This document shows, piece after piece, positions 1-9,347 of a DNA stretch of 64,000 nucleotides. The DNA comes from Bdellovibrionales bacterium (GTDB lineage: Bacteria; Bdellovibrionota; Bdellovibrionia; Bdellovibrionales; UBA1609): assembly GCA_965200875.1 (NCBI GenBank), contig OZ241456.1, positions 448,001 to 512,000 on the forward strand. The letters are read 5' to 3'. The translations under genes were made by a program, and so were the position numbers. The notes under the pieces were generated by a model. The model did not search any database, was not told the DNA's origin, and saw nothing but the letters and a program-made list of their open reading frames with translations. Numbering within the stretch: position 1 is the stretch's first letter; every line of letters starts with the position of its first letter.

Positions 1-862
1 TTTTGTCTTTATTAAAATATTCTGAAATAATATGTTTAATTTGCTTAATGGCTTCTTTTCTTTGGTTAAATTCTTCAAGTACATTTTTCCCTAAAGATTT
101 ATTTTGATCTGTTTTCTGAGTATCTTTTTTGTTTTTACAGGTTAAGTGATCTTTTAATTTTTCCATATCGATACCAAATTTGCTTTGGATGATTTGATTT
201 GCAAGTATTCCACCAGCTTTTACTATTTTATAGCGTGCCAGAGTGCCAATCACTTCTTTTATTTTAGTTGAAACAATATGTTGCTTTTCTGGATTCCCGC
301 TTTCGCGGGAATGACAATCATTACGGGAATGATAATCATTGGAGGTTGGATTTGTATTTTCTTTTTCTATACTGTTCTCTTGTTTCTGATTTGTTTTTTG
401 TGTTTTTATGGGTTGCTTCTGCTCTCTATGATTTACATATTTTGTTTCTGATTGATTTATCTCTTTACTTTTCAGTGTTACCTCTGATCCTTGTTGTTGT
501 GTTTGTCCTTGTTGTTCTGGTTCTTTTTCTAGCTCTTGAGCTTGTGCTTGTTGCTCCAGCCAGTTAACAAATTCGGAAAGTATGGCAATAACAGGTTCAC
601 CATAAAAGTCTGATTCCCATGCGTTAGTGAACACCACAACATAATTTGATTTTTCTTCGTTGATAAAATGTTCAAACATTTTTAAAAATGTTGTTTTACC
701 ATTTCCAAACTCTGCGTTTAAACTGATGGTGTAACTGCCTTTTTCTCCCACATCTCCTATAGAAGAATCAATGCCTTTTTCCATAATCTGCAATAAATTT
801 TCCGCAAAAGGTTTAAGGCTTAATTTGTCAAAGTCTTTAAATGTTACTTTTTTATTTATCAT
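1..862 (-). CDS. KAP-family P-loop NTPase, partial (runs off the left edge)
   Basis: Hand translation from ATG 862, open to position 1: MINKKVTFKDFDKLSLKPFAENL...YTISLNAEFGNGKTTF (Walker A)...VVVFTNAWESDFYGEP (KAP NAW motif). Missing from the ORF track because there is no stop in the window. Confidence 0.85.
   Translation of the reverse strand, partial: MINKKVTFKDFDKLSLKPFAENLLQIMEKGIDSSIGDVGEKGSYTISLNAEFGNGKTTFLKMFEHFINEEKSNYVVVFTNAWESDFYGEPVIAILSEFVNWLEQQAQAQELEKEPEQQGQTQQQGSEVTLKSKEINQSETKYVNHREQKQPIKTQKTNQKQENSIEKENTNPTSNDYHSRNDCHSRESGNPEKQHIVSTKIKEVIGTLARYKIVKAGGILANQIIQSKFGIDMEKLKDHLTCKNKKDTQKTDQNKSLGKNVLEEFNQRKEAIKQIKHIISEYFNKDK
289..315. repeat. REP/dRS3-like palindrome CTGGATTCCCGC-TTTC-GCGGGAATGAC, in frame within the KAP NTPase
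   Basis: Perfect 8-bp stem ATTCCCGC/GCGGGAAT; partial second copy at 324-334; translates CHSRESGNP on the minus strand. Confidence 0.8.
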
Positions 863-1050
863 TGTTTTTAATTCCTTCTGAATCCTGCTTCTGCATATCA
901 CCAAAGTTCAGCGATGCTTCTTTGTTCGTCCTGAATCCTGCTGTCCTTTTTTTTTAATTCCTTATATCACCTATTTATAAGACTGTAAAGAACACGCACT
1001 ATTTTTCGGAATCGGGACTGAGAATGAAAATCTATCAGAGGGAATCAAAT

Positions 1051-1080
1051 AAAAAAAACCTCTTCTTTTTGGGAAGAGGC
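1051..1080 (-). terminator. Putative intrinsic terminator
   Basis: CCTCTTC/GAAGAGG stem preceded by A8 (U-tract on minus strand), downstream of 1215..4358. Confidence 0.55.
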
Positions 1081-1214
1081 TTTAATGGTGTTGTTGAGTG
1101 GTAGGTTTTAAATGGTTTGTTTTTGCCACCGTTCGTACTCTTGCTGAACCAAAGAACCAGATCTTTTCAGGATAGGTTTAAACTTTTCTAATGGAGTTTC
1201 TGGGTCTTCAGGAA

Positions 1215-4200
1215 TTAAAAATGAGATTTCAGCTGAATGCCATATTGAAAATTATTATTTAACTTTGCTTTTAAGTCTTTTGAGTTTGTTTTTTTTGATC
1301 TACTGTTTGTCTGTTTGTTTGTCAGGTTTCTCCGGCCTCCTGAAAAATTAAAATCCAGCGCGTGAGTATATCCTGAATAGAGATTTAGCATAAATTTTAC
1401 TTTATGATGAAAAAGCAATTCCACTTTTACGCCAAAAGTCCACTCCGCAAAATGGAGATATTGACTGTTATTGTTGTCCAAAAAATTAAAATATTTTCCT
1501 TTAAATGAAGGAGCTATTCCTCTTAAGGAAATTGGATATCGTGAAAAATAAACTGGAGTATCAATAAATTTTTGAAAATCCATTCCTGTGGAAAGATATT
1601 TATTTGTTTGTTCCAGCAGTCTGTCTTCCAAAAAAAGGTTTACGACAGAAGTGTTTAACAGATTTAAGGGTTTAAAATAACGAAAAGGAATTGATTTTAG
1701 TTTTAAGGCTGTTTGATAATTAATAAAAGGTGTGGTGTAAAATTCGCTTCCCCAATTCCATGTATAGTGAGACCGTGCTTTTATTTTATAGTTTGAATCG
1801 TTATTCGGAGAGATTTTAACGCGATATTGCAAACCTGCTTTCAGAAGAAATTGCCGGTGAAAATGAAAGTTTTTTTTATAAGCTCTTCTATATTGAAGTT
1901 GTAAAGAAGGTTCTGTGCTGAAATAATAGGCTCTGTCTGTTTTCTTTTTTAATTTCAAGCTTGCTAGGGAATTATTTATACGAAAAGATGAGCTCCAGTA
2001 ACCGGACTTAAATATGGGAAATAATATTCCCTGACTAAACTCATGAATATAGGAGTATGTTCTGGAACCGGCAAAATTCTCAGGTCCTTGTTTATAGGTG
2101 TATTGTATATCCCACGCCAGGCGATACACTTTGTTCATATATTTGGTTTGGAACATCCAATTTTGTGGTGTCCAGTTTCCCATCATCCAGCTTTCAAATG
2201 ACTGTTGGTAGGCCAAATGAAAAGAGTTATACTCCATAGGATCTTGGAAATTCACTTGTGCTATGCCATTATATTCTGTAATAGGATCACGAAACGCTCC
2301 AAGCTCCACTCCACTAAAGCTGATATTCATTAAAGAGTTGTAGCTGGAATAAGGAATATGGTGTGAATGAGCTTTTGTGTCTGAGAACAGAGAATAAGAC
2401 TGAGAGGAGTAAGATTGTGGATGATTATTCAGTTTCTTGAAATACCTCTTACCCCATTTCTTTCCTGTATCAGTGGTGTTGCTTGCATCATAACCTGTAT
2501 CGTGTGTTGTATTGCTTGTGTTGTTTGGTCCTTTTATTGTGTCTATTTTTTCCAGCTCTTCAAGGTAAGCCGTGTCAGCAGAAAGTTCATCAGCTTCCAT
2601 TAATACTTTATGGGATTGTTCTGTTTTAATATTGGACAAAGAAGACAAAGTGGATAAGGAGTTTGAAATTGTTTCAAAAGGGTACTCGTAAAAAACTGGT
2701 TTTTCAGTGAATGTTCTTCTTATGGATATCAGCTTATAGGTGTAAAACTCAGGTTCTATTTCGCAGACAAGAAATTGATTGTTTGGTCCTTTAATAGCGT
2801 CAATAATAACATCAGAAGGGGATAGCCTGTGTACACCATCATAAGCAGTCCATGCGAACAGGGAAGAGCCAAAAGGTGAAGCTGATATAAAATAAACAGT
2901 TCCCTCTGAATCCACTTCAACAGGTTTGCCGTAAAAGCCCCTGAACTGAAAAACCGGGAATTTATTTTTATACATGACTCTTTGATCCCCTTTTTGTTTA
3001 AAATAGTACACGGACCCTTTCGGACCAAATAAAGCAGGGGAGTTGGTTGTGTCGTAAAATTTTCCATTTAGCAACAGATTAAACCCGTGTATGTTGTTGC
3101 TTGTATCAATGGAAAGTATCTGATCTTTATATATATCCTGCACGCTTTGTGATTTGTACTTTGTAAGGTACATGCCTTCAGCAAACAGTCCGTAAGCCAT
3201 CTCTGTGGTGCTTATTTTGCTGGAGGATGAAACATAGTAGCGATTTTTGATTTTAAACACTTTTCCCGGTGAAAAAACTTTTTTTCTTTTTTTCCATTTT
3301 TTAGTGGAAAGATTCAAAGTTCTTAAAAGGGGTGTGCTTTTTAAATCCGAAGTCAGAAAAAAAATTTCATTTTTTGCTTTGTTAAAAGGAGGGCATATAT
3401 GGCTTTTGAATAAAACTTTTTCGGGGGAGCTATTTTGTTGCTTTGCTAAGGGCAGATATTTTTGAATATAGTGGTTTACAAGGCTTTCAAAACTGGTTTT
3501 GAAAACAGATTCAAAGGTGGATTTGATGGAAATAAAGGAAAAGGGAATAATAAAATGTTCCGAATGTTTTTTAAAAATATTATTTATTGTTTTTATGTCA
3601 TATTTTTGCAATAGGGAGTTAAAAAAATATCCGCCGTGATTGTAATATTGTTGAATAGAAAAAGTGTCTTTTGTAACATTTATCAGATAATTTTTTATGA
3701 ATTGATCCGTTGTGCGAAACGCATTTTTTATTTGAGTAAACACCAAGGCCCGGGCAAAACCGCTATAGAGTCTGCCCCCTGGGGCAAAAAGGGATTCACT
3801 GAGAACAGCGTGGCCTTCCAGCAAAAAAAGTGGCATAACCAGGTTAACACTTAAAAAAATGGGTATGGGCAGAAAAATCACCTCTGAGTTTTTAAAGATC
3901 GGTTTTATGTATTTCAAGCTATCTGACATTTGCCCTAATTGAAAAGTATGTGCCATTTCATGTGCGATTGATGTATCTTCCCATGAAGTGGTGGCCAGAT
4001 TGGTCATTTTTTCCACTCCTGTTGGAAAAAACAACACTCTTAAAAAAGGTATGCCGGATGTAATAGCGTTTGATATTTGATTCTTTGAAGAGGCAAACAC
4101 ATAAATAGGGATTTCTTTCAGATTTTTTGTAAAAATTTCCTTGTAAATATCATCGTAATAAGAAAGTTTTTGATGGATATATATAAAATCTCTTTTATTG

Positions 4201-4358
4201 TTTTTTAGAAAGTCTTCACTGAAAATAAAGGAAAAAGAGGGGTTTTTGTGTATGTAGTAATCCTTATCAGAGGATTGTATCTTGTTTGTTGAGAATACGC
4301 GTAAAGATATACAGCTTAAGAATAGCAATAAGAAAACAGCCGGAAAATAATATCGCAT
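1215..4358 (-). CDS. Secreted/outer-membrane protein: gluzincin-like metallopeptidase domain, probable beta-propeller, C-terminal beta-barrel
   Basis: Signal peptide; HEMAH followed by LEGHA; amphipathic beta-strand C-terminus ending in Phe (QLKSHF). Confidence 0.6.
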   Translation of the reverse strand: MRYYFPAVFLLLFLSCISLRVFSTNKIQSSDKDYYIHKNPSFSFIFSEDFLKNNKRDFIYIHQKLSYYDDIYKEIFTKNLKEIPIYVFASSKNQISNAITSGIPFLRVLFFPTGVEKMTNLATTSWEDTSIAHEMAHTFQLGQMSDSLKYIKPIFKNSEVIFLPIPIFLSVNLVMPLFLLEGHAVLSESLFAPGGRLYSGFARALVFTQIKNAFRTTDQFIKNYLINVTKDTFSIQQYYNHGGYFFNSLLQKYDIKTINNIFKKHSEHFIIPFSFISIKSTFESVFKTSFESLVNHYIQKYLPLAKQQNSSPEKVLFKSHICPPFNKAKNEIFFLTSDLKSTPLLRTLNLSTKKWKKRKKVFSPGKVFKIKNRYYVSSSSKISTTEMAYGLFAEGMYLTKYKSQSVQDIYKDQILSIDTSNNIHGFNLLLNGKFYDTTNSPALFGPKGSVYYFKQKGDQRVMYKNKFPVFQFRGFYGKPVEVDSEGTVYFISASPFGSSLFAWTAYDGVHRLSPSDVIIDAIKGPNNQFLVCEIEPEFYTYKLISIRRTFTEKPVFYEYPFETISNSLSTLSSLSNIKTEQSHKVLMEADELSADTAYLEELEKIDTIKGPNNTSNTTHDTGYDASNTTDTGKKWGKRYFKKLNNHPQSYSSQSYSLFSDTKAHSHHIPYSSYNSLMNISFSGVELGAFRDPITEYNGIAQVNFQDPMEYNSFHLAYQQSFESWMMGNWTPQNWMFQTKYMNKVYRLAWDIQYTYKQGPENFAGSRTYSYIHEFSQGILFPIFKSGYWSSSFRINNSLASLKLKKKTDRAYYFSTEPSLQLQYRRAYKKNFHFHRQFLLKAGLQYRVKISPNNDSNYKIKARSHYTWNWGSEFYTTPFINYQTALKLKSIPFRYFKPLNLLNTSVVNLFLEDRLLEQTNKYLSTGMDFQKFIDTPVYFSRYPISLRGIAPSFKGKYFNFLDNNNSQYLHFAEWTFGVKVELLFHHKVKFMLNLYSGYTHALDFNFSGGRRNLTNKQTNSRSKKTNSKDLKAKLNNNFQYGIQLKSHF

Positions 4359-4367
4359 GTTTTTATT

Positions 4368-5690
4368 TTATACAGAACTGCGGGAATGAAAAGAGGAGTC
4401 CAATTTAAGCTGGACTTTTTCCGAACGGGCGAGGAATAAAGCGGCAACAGAATCCCCTGTGACATTGGTAACTGTTCTGCACATATCCAATAGCCGGTCC
4501 ACGCCTATAATCAAAGCGATACCTTCTGCTGGTATCCCCATAGAGACCATAGCCGCCACTAAAATGGGAATGGAACCTCCAGGCACTCCAGCCACTCCAA
4601 TGGAAGTGATTAATACCAAGGATACAAGTGTAAAGTGTTCGGCAAGGGACAGATCCACTCCGAATACCTGCGCTATAAAAAGCGCGGCTACGACTTCAAA
4701 CATGGCTGTTCCATCCATGTTGATTGTAACACCAATAGGAACACTAAAAGTGGTAATGCTGTCAGGGACTCCAAATGATTTTTCAAGAGTACGTATGGTT
4801 ACCGGCATGGTGGCGGCGGAGGAACTGGTGCTAAAGGCCGTCAGGAAAATAGGCATGGCTTTTTTGTAAAACTGAAATGGAGAAATTTTAAGAAAGAGCT
4901 TGAGAATACAGCCATAGACAATGAAAAACTGTATAAGAAGAGCACCTGCGACAATTAAAATATATTCCATCACCTTAAACATGACTTCTATGCCAAAATT
5001 GGCGACCACTTTGATCATTAAAGCGGCTACGGCATAAGGGGCTATTTTCATAATCCAACCCACAACTTTTACAGAAATTTCCGAAAGTGTGGAGAAAAAA
5101 CCCACAAAAGCTTCTTTGGGAGGACCTGTATTCATGCCCAATAGAGCCACTCCAAATAAAATAGATACAAAAATAATGGCAAGCATATTGCTTTTAGCGT
5201 ATTCATCCAGAATATTTTGCGGGATGATTTTACTAACAATACCTGGCCAAAGTGATTTTCCCACCCATGAGCTTTTTTCTTTGTAGGACTCAACCTTGTC
5301 TTTTTCGGATTCAACCAGCTGTTGTGCTGTTTCTTCGGAAAACCCCACCCCTGGTTTGAAAGTGTTAATCATGGTTTGTCCAATTAAAATGGCGCAAAGA
5401 GTGGTAGTCATGTAGAACAAAACAACTTTCCAGCCCAATGTTTTCAGCAGTTTTCCTGTGCCCAAATTGACCACACCCACCAAGAGAGAACCAGCTACCA
5501 GAGGAACAATGATCATTTTAAGAGAAAGGAGAAAGATATCCCCTAGAGGAGCAACAGCATTAACCAGAAGCCAGTCCCGGACGGGACTTGCTCCCCATTG
5601 GTGGAATAGGAAACCAATGATGGTTCCCACTATGAGGCCGGCAAAAATACCCCAGCTGGATAAAGCACGATGTTTTTTTTTATCAGACAT
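4368..5690 (-). CDS. Dicarboxylate/amino acid:cation symporter (DAACS, GltP-like)
   Basis: FSTSSSAATMP, INMDGT, GVAGVPG and DRLLDMCRT motifs. Confidence 0.92.
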   Translation of the reverse strand: MSDKKKHRALSSWGIFAGLIVGTIIGFLFHQWGASPVRDWLLVNAVAPLGDIFLLSLKMIIVPLVAGSLLVGVVNLGTGKLLKTLGWKVVLFYMTTTLCAILIGQTMINTFKPGVGFSEETAQQLVESEKDKVESYKEKSSWVGKSLWPGIVSKIIPQNILDEYAKSNMLAIIFVSILFGVALLGMNTGPPKEAFVGFFSTLSEISVKVVGWIMKIAPYAVAALMIKVVANFGIEVMFKVMEYILIVAGALLIQFFIVYGCILKLFLKISPFQFYKKAMPIFLTAFSTSSSAATMPVTIRTLEKSFGVPDSITTFSVPIGVTINMDGTAMFEVVAALFIAQVFGVDLSLAEHFTLVSLVLITSIGVAGVPGGSIPILVAAMVSMGIPAEGIALIIGVDRLLDMCRTVTNVTGDSVAALFLARSEKVQLKLDSSFHSRSSV

Positions 5691-6102
5691 GGGTTGATAG
5701 TATCTTCAAAAAAAGCAGAGCACAAATAAAAATAAGTCCTGATTTTAAGAAATAAGGTTTTTTGTCTTAAGTTCGCCATTTAAGAGGGTTTAAAATATGT
5801 AAGTGATTAAAATGATTGATTTTTTATTTTGGGATTCAGCTTGTCTGTAATAATAAAATCCTCTCCCTCCTTCAAAATATCAATTAAGGCTTAAGTCTAA
5901 CAATTCTCTGGAATAAAAAATTAAGAGGATTTTTAGAAAGAGTTTTCAAAATTTTGTTGAATTTCGGGGAATCATGTTATGTTTTCCGGCTGAAAGATGC
6001 GTGCGTAGCAAAACTGCCGGCGAAGATGATACGGCAAACTGGGTTGAAGCTGAAAAGTCTTGCTTGTGTCAAAACTGAAACTGTAAATGGGAGAAAACAT
6101 TT

Positions 6103-7752
6103 TTGAAAGCTCAACAATATCAAAAAAAACATCCGGTTTTTCTTATTTTGGATTTTGGATCACAATACACATGGTTAATCACCCGCTGTTTTCGGGAGTT
6201 GGGTTTTTATTCTCAGGTGGAGGGTTTTGATTTTTCTTTGAAAAATATTCAAAAACTTGAGCCAGCGGGAATTATTCTCAGTGGTGGTCCCTCTTCTGTT
6301 TTGGAAAAAGGTGCTCCCTCCCGGGATTTAAAGGAACTTTTAAATATAGCTCCTCTATTAGGTGTTTGTTATGGCCTACAGATGATATGCCTTCAATGGG
6401 GAGGAAGGGTTATTTCTTCCGGAAAAAGAACTTATGGAAGCAGTGAGATCCATTGGAAAAAAAAACTCCTTGAAAATCCCTTGGCAAAAACATTTGTTCA
6501 TAAAGATTTTCAGAAGGTGTGGATGAGCCACGGTGATTTTGTGTCTGAAATACCAAAAGGTTTTTCCGTATTGGCTGAAACAGAAAGAAAAATACCCGCA
6601 GTATTGCAATCAGATAATGTGTTGGCTTTGCAGTTTCACCCAGAGGTGTCTCATACAGAGAATGGAAAAAGCATTTTATCTTATTTTGTCAAAGTGGTTT
6701 GTGGCGTAAAAGAAGGAGGTTGGACGGCAGATACCATGTTTTCTCTCCTAGAATCTCAAATTCAAAGTCAAATCCCGGATTCTGGACACCTACTTTGCGC
6801 GCTCAGTGGGGGTGTGGATTCCACTGTTATGGCTTGCCTACTTGCGAAAACCTTGGACACCCAAAGAATCCATTGTGTGTTTGTGGATACAGGGCTTTTA
6901 AGGGAAAATGAATTTTCAGAGGTGCTTTTAGCTTATAAAAAAGCTGGGTTAAAAGTAAAGGGCATTTCTGCGAAGGAAAGATTTTTAATGGCTTTAAAAG
7001 GTGTGACGGATCCGGAAAAGAAAAGAAAAACCATTGGTCATCTGTTTATTGATATTTTCAAAGAATATAAAAATCAAAACCCGGAAGTGAAATACTTGGC
7101 TCAAGGAACGCTTTATCCTGATGTGATCGAGAGTCTTTCTTTTAAAGGTCCAAGTGCCACTATTAAGTCGCACCACAATGTAGGAGGGTTACCAAAGGAT
7201 ATACCTTTTAAACTAGTGGAACCTTTAAAATTTTTATTTAAAGATGAAGTACGCATTCTTGGAGAAACCTTAAATCGGATAAGTGCGAGAGCAGGAGATT
7301 CAGTGTCTGAAGTTTCAAAACTAAAAACTTCCCAAAGGATAAACATAAAAGTTCCAAAAGAGCTTTTACACCGGCATCCTTTTCCTGGACCAGGATTAGC
7401 TGTGAGAATTTGTGGCGAAGTGACTGAAAATCGATTGTGTACTCTTCGTCAAGCTGACACCATTTTTATAAACGCGCTTAAGCGAGAAGGTTTATATGAA
7501 AAAATATGGCAGGCATTTGGAGTTTTATTACCTGTAAAATCTGTGGGGGTTCAGGGGGATCAACGAACTTATGAGGATGTCATTGTGTTAAGAGCTATTA
7601 CCTCCACTGATGGAATGACGGCGGATTGGTTTTCTTTTTCTACAGATTTTTTACATAAAATTTCAGACACTATTACTAATGAAGTGAAGGGGGTTAATAG
7701 AGTAGTGTATGATATTACCTCCAAACCTCCCGGTACTATTGAATGGCTTTAA
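6103..7752 (+). CDS. guaA: GMP synthase (glutamine-hydrolysing)
   Basis: LDFGSQY, GVCYG, QFHPE, SGGVDS, IKSHHNVGG, KPPGTIEW. Confidence 0.97.
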   Translation: MKAQQYQKKHPVFLILDFGSQYTWLITRCFRELGFYSQVEGFDFSLKNIQKLEPAGIILSGGPSSVLEKGAPSRDLKELLNIAPLLGVCYGLQMICLQWGGRVISSGKRTYGSSEIHWKKKLLENPLAKTFVHKDFQKVWMSHGDFVSEIPKGFSVLAETERKIPAVLQSDNVLALQFHPEVSHTENGKSILSYFVKVVCGVKEGGWTADTMFSLLESQIQSQIPDSGHLLCALSGGVDSTVMACLLAKTLDTQRIHCVFVDTGLLRENEFSEVLLAYKKAGLKVKGISAKERFLMALKGVTDPEKKRKTIGHLFIDIFKEYKNQNPEVKYLAQGTLYPDVIESLSFKGPSATIKSHHNVGGLPKDIPFKLVEPLKFLFKDEVRILGETLNRISARAGDSVSEVSKLKTSQRINIKVPKELLHRHPFPGPGLAVRICGEVTENRLCTLRQADTIFINALKREGLYEKIWQAFGVLLPVKSVGVQGDQRTYEDVIVLRAITSTDGMTADWFSFSTDFLHKISDTITNEVKGVNRVVYDITSKPPGTIEWL

Positions 7753-7830
7753 TACGAGGAGATAGTGAAAACTTTACACTATCTTTAAAAAATTATTGCA
7801 AACACACTTAAAGTCCTTTATTTGTAAGTA

Positions 7831-7973
7831 GTGGTCCGGGAAAAAGCATGTTATTTCCCTGGATTCCCGTTTTCACGGGACTGAAAGCCAACAACTTGTC
7901 TTTCAGTTTCCTTGGGAAAGTACATGAAAAAAGAGTGTGATAATTGAAACACTAAGGGTTTTTCACGGAGGAC
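7831..7973. mobile_element. Full-length MITE (~143 bp) with imperfect 15-bp TIRs and TAAGTA target duplication
   Basis: Ends GTGGTCCGGGAAAAA and TTTTTCACGGAGGAC; TAAGTA at both 7825-7830 and 7974-7979; the body matches 47251-47378 in reverse complement. Confidence 0.85.
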
Positions 7974-8018
7974 TAAGTAGTACCGAGGAATTTTAACAAG
8001 AAAAATAAGGAGGATTGT

Positions 8019-8912
8019 ATGAAAAAATTAATGTATTATTTGATGGTGGTTTATGTTCCGCTGTTACCACTTTCAGGTTATGCCCATGTACATCCCAAGC
8101 CAAGTGATAATGTGGATAGTAGTCGCGAAATAAATAATTTTTCTCTTGGTCCTCAGGAGATTTTGGCAGTGGAAGAGAAAGCCTCTCAGATAAAATCCGG
8201 CCTTGAGCATTTAGGTGCAGGTGACATTCAGGGGGTGTTTGTTCTTCCCAAAAAAGAGAGTGTGTCATCGGAGTCAGCGGGAAGTGAGGGAACGGTTCGA
8301 GTGGCTTTTTTAGATACAGCGAAGAAATGTTTTATGTACGACAGCATGACCAAAGAGATGGTTCTTTGTGATGAGGAATCTGCAATTTTGGTGAGGGATT
8401 CAGAAGAGGTTTTAGTGAGTTCTCTTTCTTCGTATGTTCCTGTTGATTCTTCTTTTATTCCAGTGGGATCTTTACAAACGGCTGGCTTGAAAGATTTTAT
8501 ATGTACTTATGAAACCCAGATGAAAGTAGGAGGCGCACTAGGCATAACATTAGGAATATTGGGAGAATTTGTAAGACTGAGACCACCATTACTATTACTA
8601 CCAATAGCTACAGGAGGATTATTAGCAGGATTAATGCAAATGATAATAGAACCATCAGAAACCCGGGAAATAGCAAGATCAGTAATGGCAACGACAGCAT
8701 CAGTATTAACAGGAGCCTTAGCAATAGTAGTAGCAGGAAAAGTAGTAGGAACAGTAACAACAACAGCAGTAGCAACCGGAACAACAGTAGCCACAATAGG
8801 AGCCTTAGCAACATCAGTAGCAGTAGGAGCAGCAGGAGTAGCAGGAATAATGGTAATAGGGTTAAACTCGTTGCGGGGTTATGATGGACACTGTCCCGTA
8901 GGGAGTGGCTAA
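8019..8912 (+). CDS. Secreted hypothetical protein with Gly/Ala/Val/Thr-rich hydrophobic C-terminal cassette
   Basis: AGGAGG RBS; signal peptide; glycine-zipper-like C-terminus bounded by Cys residues. Confidence 0.75.
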   Translation: MKKLMYYLMVVYVPLLPLSGYAHVHPKPSDNVDSSREINNFSLGPQEILAVEEKASQIKSGLEHLGAGDIQGVFVLPKKESVSSESAGSEGTVRVAFLDTAKKCFMYDSMTKEMVLCDEESAILVRDSEEVLVSSLSSYVPVDSSFIPVGSLQTAGLKDFICTYETQMKVGGALGITLGILGEFVRLRPPLLLLPIATGGLLAGLMQMIIEPSETREIARSVMATTASVLTGALAIVVAGKVVGTVTTTAVATGTTVATIGALATSVAVGAAGVAGIMVIGLNSLRGYDGHCPVGSG

Positions 8913-9028
8913 TTTAATTCTTATTTGACTTTGTGCCTGTTATGTATACATAATACAGGTTTAAGGATAAGGAAAAAACTATAAGGCTTATTCCCTGAAA
9001 AGCAAAATAAGGATAAGGATAAAGTGCC

Positions 9029-9334
9029 ATGATCGTAAATCGCTGGCAAGCACCTGTTCTTCCCTCAAAGGAACAAGTTTTAATGATCTTTGAGCGTGAA
9101 GGCTTAAAACCCATTGAGGAAACTTATCAACCGGGAGATGAGGTTAAAAATCATCGTCATCCTTTTGATGAAGTGAGAATGTTGGTTAAAGGTTCTCTTC
9201 TCATTGATATAGCCGGAAATCGTCTTCTCTTAAGAGAAGGAGATAAAATAATGATTCCTTCCAACACCCGCCACTCCAAAAAAGTGCAGGGGGATATTTC
9301 CTGTGTGTGTATCTGTTCTTATAAGGCGTTTTAA
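9029..9334 (+). CDS. Cupin domain protein
   Basis: HRHPFDE...GDKIMIPSNTRH cupin motifs. Confidence 0.85.
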   Translation: MIVNRWQAPVLPSKEQVLMIFEREGLKPIEETYQPGDEVKNHRHPFDEVRMLVKGSLLIDIAGNRLLLREGDKIMIPSNTRHSKKVQGDISCVCICSYKAF

Positions 9335-9347
9335 ACATTTTGAAATT

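Noticed and set aside
268..567. 99-aa hydrophobic + strand ORF
   Set aside because: Antisense shadow of the low-complexity insert in the KAP NTPase.
5985..6085. Possible c-di-GMP or purine riboswitch upstream of guaA (GGCAAAC motif)
   Set aside because: I could not build the required stems by eye; an Infernal/Rfam search would be needed.
7270..7350. Intein or intron explanation for the enzyme insertions
   Set aside because: Too short, and lacking intein terminal motifs or intron structure.
8507..8814. Poly-Leu and Val/Thr/Ala ORFs on the minus strand
   Set aside because: By-products of the NNA codon bias of the + strand gene.
8523..8864. Diversity-generating retroelement explanation for the A-rich cassette
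   Set aside because: No reverse transcriptase and no TR/VR pair differing at adenines is visible in the window.
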